A DNA stretch of 64,000 nucleotides from Fibrobacterales bacterium. Its GTDB lineage: Bacteria > Fibrobacterota > Fibrobacteria > Fibrobacterales > JAOPTW01. Below, in pieces: positions 31,970 through 40,620 of the stretch. Each line of letters opens with the position of its first letter. Position 1 is the first letter of the stretch. The notes beneath the pieces were generated by a model. That model was given only the letters and a program-made list of their open reading frames with translations, did not search any database and was not told the DNA's origin. The position numbers were made by a program, and so were the translations under genes. The DNA is taken from the NCBI GenBank assembly GCA_051532035.1, contig JAOPTW010000006.1, positions 183,960 through 247,959 on the forward strand. The letters run 5' to 3'.

Positions 31970-33220
31970 CTATGACCCCAGCACCTCTTCACCCTCTGTT
32001 TTTGCAATGATCACTGCACCACAGGAATCGCTCCATACATTTACAGAGGTTCGGCACATATCCAGTATTCTATCGACAGCCAAAATCAAACCTATTCCTT
32101 CGGCAGGAAGCCCTATTGCCCCAAGAATAATTACAATAGCCACAAGACTTGCAGAAGGAATACCTGCCACTCCTATTGAGGTGAGTAAGGCCACCAGTAC
32201 GATAATAAACTGAGTTGCTATGTCGATTTCAAGTCCATAGGCCTGAGCAATAAACATGGCCGCCACACATTCATACAGCGCCGTTCCATCCATATTGACC
32301 GTAGCACCAAGAGGGAGCACAAAGCTCGTCACCTTTTTTGACGCCCCCGAACTCTTGACACATTCCATCGTCTCGGGAAGAGTTGCGGAAGAAGAGCTTG
32401 TTGAAAACGCAGTAAGAAGCGCAGGGCTCATATTACGAAAATGCATAAAAGGGCTTAAACCAAAGAATTTTAACATGAATGGCATACTCACAAACATGTG
32501 AATGAGTAACGCACCGAGTACCGTAAAAAAGAAGATTGCAAGAGGTTCAATAGCATCAAGCCCCGTTTTTGAAACAGTCTTTGCAATAAGCCCAAAGACT
32601 CCTAGAGGCGCAATTCGCATAACTAAATTGGTCATCTTTATCATAACCTCATATACACCATTCCAAAAGGTAAGCTGCATATCGCTATACTCCTTTTTGA
32701 TACGCATCATAAAAAAACCAAAAAAGAGACTAAACGTTATAAGGCCAAGCATCTGACCTTTTGCAGCGGCACTTACAATATTTGGCGGCACCATTCTCAG
32801 AAATATTGCCACAATGTCAGAGGCACCTTTGCCCTCAACAGCTTGCACCTTCGAGGCCGTCATCTCACTCAGCCCTAATATTTCTTTGGCAGGCGCACCA
32901 TCAATAATACCCGGTTGCGTTATATTCACAATAATCAGGCCTGTTATTATGGCAATAAAGCTCGTAACTCCATAATACCCTAGGGTTTTTAAGCCTAACC
33001 GCGCAACACCCTTCTCAGTGCCAATATTTGATATCCCTGAGATAATTGCAGAAACAATAAGAGGCACAATAAGCATCTTAAGGGCATTTATGAAAAATGC
33101 CCCTAGAAACTCATAGGTAGCCAATAAAAAACTGGACTCTATCTCCTTGTAGAGAAACCCAAACGGGACCGCCAAAACAATTGCTATTAAGATCTGCCAA
33201 TGTAATTTTAACTTTAACAT
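31970..33220 (-). CDS. Dicarboxylate/amino acid:cation symporter (DAACS, GltP-like)
   Basis: AFSTSSSSATLP, PLGATVNMDGTALY, SIG.AGIP, DRILDMCRT..NV..D. Confidence 0.93.
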   Translation of the reverse strand: MLKLKLHWQILIAIVLAVPFGFLYKEIESSFLLATYEFLGAFFINALKMLIVPLIVSAIISGISNIGTEKGVARLGLKTLGYYGVTSFIAIITGLIIVNITQPGIIDGAPAKEILGLSEMTASKVQAVEGKGASDIVAIFLRMVPPNIVSAAAKGQMLGLITFSLFFGFFMMRIKKEYSDMQLTFWNGVYEVMIKMTNLVMRIAPLGVFGLIAKTVSKTGLDAIEPLAIFFFTVLGALLIHMFVSMPFMLKFFGLSPFMHFRNMSPALLTAFSTSSSSATLPETMECVKSSGASKKVTSFVLPLGATVNMDGTALYECVAAMFIAQAYGLEIDIATQFIIVLVALLTSIGVAGIPSASLVAIVIILGAIGLPAEGIGLILAVDRILDMCRTSVNVWSDSCGAVIIAKTEGEEVLGS

Positions 33221-33369
33221 AGATTCCCGCTTCCTCTGATATATGTTTGTTTTAAAAATTATAGCTTAATCCCCCCTATCACTTTGGAAAAAGATAGCTC
33301 TGCCCCTTAAGGATGGGCAGTTATTTGCTACATTGAAACCCATACTACCCCATGCAGATCAGGTATATA

Positions 33370-35274
33370 ATGAAAATCTTCATACAAACCTCCCTAGTAT
33401 GTATAGCGCTCTTATGCACAACTCACTGTAATTTTTTCGAACCGTTAGTTGAAACAGAAGAGAGCAACTACGATAACTTACTCATAAAAGGTAACGAAGC
33501 GTTTAGTGCAGGAGAATACGAATCAGCCTCTCAGTATTATGTCGAAGCACAGAAGGCTGACCCTGCGAGATCCGAAGCATGGGTCTTTCATGCAAAAGCA
33601 GTCATGCGCCTCTATGGCCTTGAGTACAGTACTATCAATGATGAAATTAAGAGAAAATCTGATGGAGAGGCGGGCCTCCCCTTTATAAATAAGTGCGATG
33701 CTTCAAATCTCGACTGTATTGATAGCATCTTTCACCCTATCGCCTTAACCGTTCGAAACCTAGAGTATGTTACCGGGGGTACGGATACAGCAAGTCGTGG
33801 CATGATCGGTGAAGAGGTAGTGGTATTGGACGTTGCCCTTCTCCAAGGGATGGCATCTATGCTTAACCCTCTTGATCTTGATAACAATTTGCATATCGAC
33901 ACCATCTGTGGTTACGATATCTGTGGCCCAGACGTATCTGGCTGTTCCAATAATCCTGCCGGCTTAGTCGACTATACTACCAAATGCCCCTATGGGGCCA
34001 AAAGTGAACTCAAGCGGTATCAATCGTTTAGAACCCTTACCGAAGCCCTAAATATAGATGACCTCAAATCAGATGCTATCGAAGCAAAAGACATATCACG
34101 AAACCCCAATGAGATAAACCAATTCATCAATGATATTGCACTCCCAGCCCAGTCTTCTCGTGACAACCTCGAGAAAGTAAATACTGCTATTAATGAACAT
34201 GCTGACGACAAATCACTTGGAGAACAACTCAGTGATGTTACAGAAATTATTGATAATCTTGTTTCATTTGTTCAATATTACAAGAGCAACGACACACTCG
34301 ACAATGACTTCGATTATATCTCAGAAAATTCTCCCGATAGCATTATGATATGGCATGACTTTGACGGAGACAACGCTATTCGCTATGATTACACCGACTC
34401 TCTTACGGACATCTCAGGCATAACATCCTTTAAGTCTCCCATGGGCTCAATTGGGCACCCAGTACACCGCTATGCACACCCAGACCTCTATTACACTATG
34501 GAAGAGTACACCGCCCAACTTTCAGCTCAAACCGATTCTACAACGCGCTATAACCGAACAAACAACATGATCGATTATTGCAAGTCAATCACTCGCTCCC
34601 TATCCGGCATTACCAATGACCTCGAAGACAGTATAAAAGATTCAACCTGTACCCTCATATCATCAACACTTAAAGAAGGAACCACGCCCCCAAGTCAAAG
34701 CGACTGGATTGCGGGCCCTTTTGGTATTGATGAAGAGATTCTCGACAATTATGACAACGACTTTGACGGTATAAAAAATGAAGATAGCCGGCTCGCTATT
34801 GGAATGGACGATGACACTGACGCTCTTTTCACCATTCATACTCCTCACACCGTTATAGCTATGGAATGGAGTGATAACAATGGCAATAAGTGCATCGACA
34901 TTGACACAACCATTACAGCCCCAAGTAGTAACCCCCGACAGTTCTGTATCGGGACTCTCGAGCACCGACTCTATCTTGCTGAAAATGCTTCTGATTCCCT
35001 CGACATCTACTACATACCATTTGATCTTAGTGAGCACCCCGACTTTCAAACTGAATGTATAGCTGACGTACTCTTTTTTGAACTCTCACCACTCCATAGT
35101 GAAGAGACAATAGCATTAGCCTGCACCGTAGGGCATCACTGGGCACTCGGCCAACCAGAATCCTCCGAATGGACTGGTGGCACCTTTGGAATTGACGAAG
35201 AGAAAGTGGATGGCATCGATAATGATGGCGATGGATATATTGATGAAGATGTTGCTGCAAAGGAGGTTAACTAA
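33370..35274 (+). CDS. Large acidic Cys-rich lipoprotein with TPR-like N-terminus and DNDxDG repeats
   Basis: Signal ending ALLCTTH-C, TPR-like GN.AF..G.Y..A..YY..A, repeats GIDEEILDNYDNDFDGIKNED and GIDEEKVDGIDNDGDGYIDED. Confidence 0.7.
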   Translation: MKIFIQTSLVCIALLCTTHCNFFEPLVETEESNYDNLLIKGNEAFSAGEYESASQYYVEAQKADPARSEAWVFHAKAVMRLYGLEYSTINDEIKRKSDGEAGLPFINKCDASNLDCIDSIFHPIALTVRNLEYVTGGTDTASRGMIGEEVVVLDVALLQGMASMLNPLDLDNNLHIDTICGYDICGPDVSGCSNNPAGLVDYTTKCPYGAKSELKRYQSFRTLTEALNIDDLKSDAIEAKDISRNPNEINQFINDIALPAQSSRDNLEKVNTAINEHADDKSLGEQLSDVTEIIDNLVSFVQYYKSNDTLDNDFDYISENSPDSIMIWHDFDGDNAIRYDYTDSLTDISGITSFKSPMGSIGHPVHRYAHPDLYYTMEEYTAQLSAQTDSTTRYNRTNNMIDYCKSITRSLSGITNDLEDSIKDSTCTLISSTLKEGTTPPSQSDWIAGPFGIDEEILDNYDNDFDGIKNEDSRLAIGMDDDTDALFTIHTPHTVIAMEWSDNNGNKCIDIDTTITAPSSNPRQFCIGTLEHRLYLAENASDSLDIYYIPFDLSEHPDFQTECIADVLFFELSPLHSEETIALACTVGHHWALGQPESSEWTGGTFGIDEEKVDGIDNDGDGYIDEDVAAKEVN

Positions 35275-36350
35275 TGCGTATTATAGCGATGACACTCATA
35301 CTGTGTGCACAACTAGCACTCGCATCTAACCCAATTGACTACTATCGTGGTGAGAAATCTCAGGCAATGGGCCAGACAGGAGCAGCCTCTCTAGGAGGCC
35401 ATCACTCCCTATCTCTTAACCCCGCGCTCCTTGCCAATTACTCCAGTTGGAATGTAGACCTCTTCTCTACCATTGGCGTCAATGGCGTTTTGATCGATTA
35501 CGCAGACTGGCTTGTTGACAACTCGAGCAACATATCCGACTTCGATACACTCATGACTAAACTCGACCCCATAGATAACAAGTGGGCCCCCTTTCTACTC
35601 CACGGTGGGCTCGGCATACAAATTAAACAGTTTGCTCTCAACTTTACTTGGAATACCTATACACGGGTCGCCATGACCAAAGCCCCTATTACACCCGTCC
35701 TCGGAGTAGGTGCTCGCACAAACTTTAAACTCATTTCAGGGTATGGCTTGGAAATCCATCCAGGTATCTCTCTTGGGGTTGCACTCTACGGCAAATACTC
35801 CATCATCTACAAAGATCGCTATCTCGGCACTACCAGTAAAGACTTCTGGACCGTGTACAACACCATGAACAACGATGATAAGAGCACCTGGTCAAAAATT
35901 ACTGTCGCAGAAGAAATTGCCGATACCAAGGTGAATTTTGGCGGGAATATTGGGGTTACAAAAGAGATGGGTGCATATGTGACAACCGCTTTTTCATTAA
36001 TCGATATTGGAGAAGACCTATCTCCGAATCTCGCCATTAATACTCATTATCAATTCGGTAAAAAGGAAAAGTTCCACACACGATTTGACGGTAATATTGA
36101 TTGGCAACAAATGTTTGTCAGTGACCACATCTATCAGCAATTCAAACTCGGTACTTCAGCATCATTTAATAATGGTAATAGAAAGGTGGGATATATCGCT
36201 GCGGGTTTAAATGACGGCTACCCAACATTTGGCGTACAAGCAGGCTATGGCTTTTATATCACTTACACCTACTTCACTCAAGAATCAGGAACATACCCAG
36301 GTCAACGTCCACTCACTTTTCACAAACTGACCTTGGAAATAGGGATTTAA
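35274..36350 (+). CDS. Outer-membrane beta-barrel, TraF/FadL-like
   Basis: Signal peptide, AMG..G.A.......LNPA.LA N-terminal motif, GLNDGYPTFG, E.G.YPGQ; TAATG coupling to the upstream gene. Confidence 0.6.
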   Translation: MRIIAMTLILCAQLALASNPIDYYRGEKSQAMGQTGAASLGGHHSLSLNPALLANYSSWNVDLFSTIGVNGVLIDYADWLVDNSSNISDFDTLMTKLDPIDNKWAPFLLHGGLGIQIKQFALNFTWNTYTRVAMTKAPITPVLGVGARTNFKLISGYGLEIHPGISLGVALYGKYSIIYKDRYLGTTSKDFWTVYNTMNNDDKSTWSKITVAEEIADTKVNFGGNIGVTKEMGAYVTTAFSLIDIGEDLSPNLAINTHYQFGKKEKFHTRFDGNIDWQQMFVSDHIYQQFKLGTSASFNNGNRKVGYIAAGLNDGYPTFGVQAGYGFYITYTYFTQESGTYPGQRPLTFHKLTLEIGI

Positions 36351-36397
36351 TCTGATTGTTCTTAAGGAGTCACACATTAAGCCCCTTAAGCGCACCG

Positions 36398-36883
36398 CTA
36401 TAACTCTAACGGAACCTGCGGCATTGTTCTTAAACAGAGGCCTGCCACTTCTTCCCAGTCGAGATCCTTGGGTTGATTTCCGTTCTTAAGCATTCTCAGC
36501 TTTGGTAAAAAACCATTATGACGAAGTGATTCCAGCACCACCTGTTTCTCTTTTATGGGTAGATAGCTAAAGTTATCGATGATATCGGGGTGCACTTTTT
36601 TCAAAAATTTAAATTGATACGGTACAGGAAAATGATATTTCCAACAGTCGGTAAGCCCCTGTAAATAGGTGTGCCAGTTGATTCCCCCGCGAACAAAAAA
36701 GAGTCGCGGATCAATAGAAATTGCATCTGTCGCATCAATCAGCGCAATATCACTCAGATAGAGATACTTAATGACCCCTTGTCGCTGAATAACTGAACCA
36801 TCTTCTTCTAACACATCGAGAGTCACCGTCGGTCCATTATAGTAAATGGGAGTGCGCTTGCTTTTATTGTTAGAATGATTCAT
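36398..36883 (-). CDS. Hypothetical cytoplasmic protein
   Basis: 161-aa ORF filling the gap between genes; no recognised motif. Confidence 0.6.
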   Translation of the reverse strand: MNHSNNKSKRTPIYYNGPTVTLDVLEEDGSVIQRQGVIKYLYLSDIALIDATDAISIDPRLFFVRGGINWHTYLQGLTDCWKYHFPVPYQFKFLKKVHPDIIDNFSYLPIKEKQVVLESLRHNGFLPKLRMLKNGNQPKDLDWEEVAGLCLRTMPQVPLEL

Positions 36884-36905
36884 ATCTACTTGATTTAAAG
36901 GAGTG

Positions 36906-37052
36906 CTACGCCGCCTGTGTCGTAATGCGGTTCTTTACAATTCTTTCATACTCATAAGAGGTTATTGAGACGGCTTTACATACCGCACTCTTTTTTATGC
37001 CAGCTCGAATGAGCGCAGCAGCCAATCCCTCATTATCTCTCACTTTATACAT
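36906..37052 (-). CDS. Small 48-aa protein, possibly HTH-like (below ORF-track cutoff)
   Basis: My translation MYKVRDNEGLAAALIRAGIKKSAVCKAVSITSYEYERIVKNRITTQAA*; GAGGTG RBS 3 nt before the ATG; ends 22 nt before the next gene. Confidence 0.6.
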   Translation of the reverse strand: MYKVRDNEGLAAALIRAGIKKSAVCKAVSITSYEYERIVKNRITTQAA

Positions 37053-37123
37053 GTGCACCTCACTATTTATTCTATCATAGAATATAGATTAGTGCACAAG
37101 TGTTCACCATTGATTTTTAGTGC

Positions 37124-37774
37124 TTAGTTCATTTTTTCACAAAAATCTTTACACGCCTGAACCACATCATCCTGTCCAAACACCGCAGATCCTGCAACAA
37201 AAATATTCGCACCAGCCTCTTGTACTTCTTTAATGTTTTCAAGTTTGATTCCACCATCAACTTCGATATCCAGATCAGGTTTCAAGGCACGAATCGCTTT
37301 TACCTTTTCTAGTGTGTAAGGGATAAGTTTTTGACCACCAAAACCAGGGTTAACCGACATGATCAATACCATGTCAACGATGTCCAAAACAGGTTCAATT
37401 GCAGAGATAGGGGTACCAGGATTGATAGAAACACCGGCCTTGGCGCCAAGCTCTTTAATAAGATTTATGGTTCTATCTGCATGGTTAGTACTTTCAATTT
37501 GAAAGGTAACAATATCAGCTCCAGCCTTTATAAACTCAGGGATATAGCGACTTGGCTCATCAATCATTAAGTGACAATCAAAGGGTAAATCAGTTACTTT
37601 TCTTAAGCCCTTAATAACAACGGGACCAAAAGAGATATTCGGTACAAAATGTCCATCCATAATATCGAGATGAATAAAACCAGCACCCCCAAGTTCTGCT
37701 TCCTTGATATCTTTTGCAAGGTTAGAAAAGTCGGCACTTAAAATACTGGGTGATAATACAGGAGTTAGTGGCAT
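37124..37774 (-). CDS. rpe: Ribulose-phosphate 3-epimerase
   Basis: SPSILSADF, HLDIMDGHFVPN.SFG, DCHLM, MSVNPGFGGQ, VDGGI. Confidence 0.96.
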   Translation of the reverse strand: MPLTPVLSPSILSADFSNLAKDIKEAELGGAGFIHLDIMDGHFVPNISFGPVVIKGLRKVTDLPFDCHLMIDEPSRYIPEFIKAGADIVTFQIESTNHADRTINLIKELGAKAGVSINPGTPISAIEPVLDIVDMVLIMSVNPGFGGQKLIPYTLEKVKAIRALKPDLDIEVDGGIKLENIKEVQEAGANIFVAGSAVFGQDDVVQACKDFCEKMN

Positions 37775-37897
37775 GTTGTACACTTTGGGTTATAAATTTA
37801 TGTGACACAAAAATAAAAAATTCACACTTTTTTTGCCCACCGCAATCGCCATCTATAGTATGTTTTAATTAATAGTACTTATTTTTAGGAAATAACA

Positions 37898-38287
37898 ATG
37901 GCTACAGCAACTAAAAAAGCTGCTCCAAAAGCAGCAGCAAAAACAATCACGAAAAAAGCTCCTGTAAAAATAGCTGCAAAAGCAACTACGACAGCGGCCC
38001 CAAAGGCAGCGGCAACAAAAGCTCCTGCAAAAACTACAACGAAATCAGATGCATCTTTTGAGTATTTCTCACCAGAATCTTCTTCAGTATACATTGCCGG
38101 TTCATTCAGTAACTGGGAAATGAAAAAAATGAAAAAAGACAAAACTGGCAACTGGAAGTACAAAGCAAAAGTACCTAAGGGCGAGCATCAGTATAAATAT
38201 GTATTCGAAGGTGTTTCTTGGGAAATTGACAATTCTGCCCCGACAGTGAATACAGAGCTTGGGCTTAATAATATTATTAAGGTCTAA
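37898..38287 (+). CDS. Lys/Ala-rich histone-H1-like tail fused to a CBM48/AMPK-beta-type glycogen-binding domain
   Basis: ~48 aa of K/A/T/P repeats, then VYIAGSFSNW...M.K...G.W......G.HQYKY...W..D...G..NN.I.V. Confidence 0.85.
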   Translation: MATATKKAAPKAAAKTITKKAPVKIAAKATTTAAPKAAATKAPAKTTTKSDASFEYFSPESSSVYIAGSFSNWEMKKMKKDKTGNWKYKAKVPKGEHQYKYVFEGVSWEIDNSAPTVNTELGLNNIIKV

Positions 38288-38300
38288 TCATACAGATATA

Positions 38301-38342
38301 AAAACACAAAAGTCCGGCAGAGATGCCGGACTTTTGTGTTTT
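38301..38342. terminator. Bidirectional intrinsic terminator
   Basis: AAAACACAAAAGTCCGGCA-GAGA-TGCCGGACTTTTGTGTTTT between convergent genes. Confidence 0.9.
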
Positions 38343-38358
38343 ATCAATTCCAGAAAAT

Positions 38359-39615
38359 CTAAACCCCAGAAAAATCCAGAGTCGCAAAGTGATCTTCAAT
38401 AGTCTCTGCACGACGAATCAATTTCACCGATCCATTTTCTTGAAGTAACAACTCAGCAGAACGAAGTTTTGCATTGTAATTAAAACCCATTGAATGTCCA
38501 TGAGCGCCAGTATCATGTATCACTACGAGGTCACCCGATTCAATCTCAGGAAGCATACGGTCAATGGCAAACTTATCATTATTCTCACACAGTGAACCAG
38601 TTACATCGTAGGTTACGGTTGCTTCATCGTTTTCTTTACCAGCTACAGTAACATGATGGTATGAGTCATATAGCGCCGGACGCATCAGGTTTGTCATGCA
38701 TGAATCAAGCCCTGCATAGGTTTTATAGGTCTTCTTAATATGAAGGCATTCAGATACCAAATAGCCATACGGCCCGGTAACCATACGTCCACACTCCATC
38801 ACAATTTTGAATGGATTGATGCCATTAGCAACAATTTTTTCATCATAAAACGTTTTAATCTTATCAGAGATCTCTTGCAGTGATGGCTGTACATCTTCTG
38901 GTTTGTAAGCTACACCGATGCCACCACCAAGGTTTGCAAATTCAAATTCAATGCCAACTTCTTTATGTACGCGTACAACCATATCAAACAAGATACCTGC
39001 AGTCTCGGCAAAGTAGTCAGGGTTAATTTCGTTTGATGCTACCATCGTATGGAGACCAAAACGCTTAACGCCTTTTTCTTTTAAGATTTTAAAGCCTTCA
39101 ACAATCTGGTCACCAGTAAATCCATATTTTGCATCTTCTGGTTTGCCGATGATATCGTTACCCTCTTTGAGTGAACCAGGGTTATACCGAAAGCACACAA
39201 GTTCAGGAAGACCACCACATTCTTTTTCTAAAAAGTCGATATGAGTAATATCATCAAGGTTAATGATCGCTCCCGATTTTTTCGCCTCAACGTATTCATA
39301 CACCGGGGTGTCATTTGAAGTAAAAATAATGTCTTCGCCTGTTATTCCTGATTTCTCAGAAAGAAGGATCTCAGGGTATGACGAACAATCTGCCCCCATA
39401 CCTTCCTCTTGAAGGATTTTTAATATGTATGGATTGGGAAGTGCTTTAACCGCATAGAAGTTCTTGAAGCCACCGGGAACCCACTCAAATGCCTTATAAA
39501 ACTCCTGCGCATTTTTACGAATAGCCTTTTCATCATAAATATGAAAAGGTGTTGGATAATCAGCAACAATATCATTAAGCTGCTGTGCGCTAAAAGGGAG
39601 AGTTTTTTGAGACAT
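38359..39615 (-). CDS. lysA: Diaminopimelate decarboxylase
   Basis: TPFHIYDE, FYAVKA, AKYG, NLGGG.G, E.GR, RPALY, GSLCEN.D, GAHG.SMG.NYN; GGAGG RBS. Confidence 0.92.
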   Translation of the reverse strand: MSQKTLPFSAQQLNDIVADYPTPFHIYDEKAIRKNAQEFYKAFEWVPGGFKNFYAVKALPNPYILKILQEEGMGADCSSYPEILLSEKSGITGEDIIFTSNDTPVYEYVEAKKSGAIINLDDITHIDFLEKECGGLPELVCFRYNPGSLKEGNDIIGKPEDAKYGFTGDQIVEGFKILKEKGVKRFGLHTMVASNEINPDYFAETAGILFDMVVRVHKEVGIEFEFANLGGGIGVAYKPEDVQPSLQEISDKIKTFYDEKIVANGINPFKIVMECGRMVTGPYGYLVSECLHIKKTYKTYAGLDSCMTNLMRPALYDSYHHVTVAGKENDEATVTYDVTGSLCENNDKFAIDRMLPEIESGDLVVIHDTGAHGHSMGFNYNAKLRSAELLLQENGSVKLIRRAETIEDHFATLDFSGV

Positions 39616-39775
39616 ACGTCCTCCAAGGTTCAATGGGGTATAAAGATACTTACCATACGCCTATTAGTCAATTACCCGCAGGCTCTACCCTCAATTGATG
39701 ACTGAATTGTACAAATAATACAAGATTGTCACATTTTCAATTTTCTCAATACTAAAGCAATCTGGCCAGTGTATC

Positions 39776-40540
39776 TTAAAATATGTAGGAGTAATGAAAA
39801 ATCATATTTTGTTCCAGACGTGATTTCTCATCAAGGCGATACCGTGTATAGGAGTGTTGATACTGAAATATAATTTCATGATGGCTAAAGATTCTATACC
39901 GAATAGTTCCTAAACCATAGGCTTCATCAGATTCGGGCGAATGCCATTCATCCCTTGAGGCATCATCACGGTAAAGATAATAGTACCCTACTCCACCTTC
40001 AAATGAAAAGCCTTGATCTAGCTGGCACCCTGCTTTGAGCGTAACATCAGTAGTGTGATAATCAACGTCTTTTGAAAATCGTGGTGTATACTCCATCAAG
40101 CCTTCACCCCAAAACCTCTCTGAAAAACGATATTTCACCCTTGGAGCCACAGCATATTGATGCCAAAAATCATCCTGCTGACTGTACCCTAGTGCCATCA
40201 TCCCTAACACTATACTCCCATGAAGCCTTTCTTTTATTAAGGCCCCTTGTTCATCCAACTGTGAGTTTGTTAAAAGAACTCGCCATAGCAACGGCCATAA
40301 ATGACGCTCCCATCGAGGGGAAACATCATTCCACACATCCAGTCCAGATAATAAGTTAACATCTATTTTTTTTATGTTAAGAAGGCCGGAAGAATCAATT
40401 GGTATCGTCATACTGGTACTAATCCGTGTATAGTCACCAACATTTTTTACGGGACGATCAATTTCATTTTGAAAATTATTGTGACTAGTCATACTGCAAG
40501 CACTTAACATAACAATACACCAGAGTAGAAAAACTTTCAT
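39776..40540 (-). CDS. Hypothetical envelope protein (lipobox plus barrel-like C-terminus)
   Basis: LSA-C lipobox; aromatic alternating strands; ends HYSYIF. Confidence 0.55.
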   Translation of the reverse strand: MKVFLLWCIVMLSACSMTSHNNFQNEIDRPVKNVGDYTRISTSMTIPIDSSGLLNIKKIDVNLLSGLDVWNDVSPRWERHLWPLLWRVLLTNSQLDEQGALIKERLHGSIVLGMMALGYSQQDDFWHQYAVAPRVKYRFSERFWGEGLMEYTPRFSKDVDYHTTDVTLKAGCQLDQGFSFEGGVGYYYLYRDDASRDEWHSPESDEAYGLGTIRYRIFSHHEIIFQYQHSYTRYRLDEKSRLEQNMIFHYSYIF

Positions 40541-40577
40541 CCTATAGCCCTTAACCTAATAAACAGGGAGAATATAG

Positions 40578-40600
40578 AAAAAGCCTTCAAAAGAAGGCTT
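40578..40600 (-). terminator. Intrinsic terminator
   Basis: AAGCCTTC-N4-GAAGGCTT with T run on the minus strand, after the 619-aa gene. Confidence 0.65.
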
Positions 40601-40620
40601 ATACGATTGTACTTAAGGAA

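Noticed and set aside
35274..36350. TraF-like gene as evidence of a conjugative element
   Set aside because: No relaxase, coupling protein or other T4SS genes; housekeeping context.
39616..39775. Lysine riboswitch upstream of lysA
   Set aside because: The gap is only ~160 nt and lacks recognisable L-box conserved blocks.
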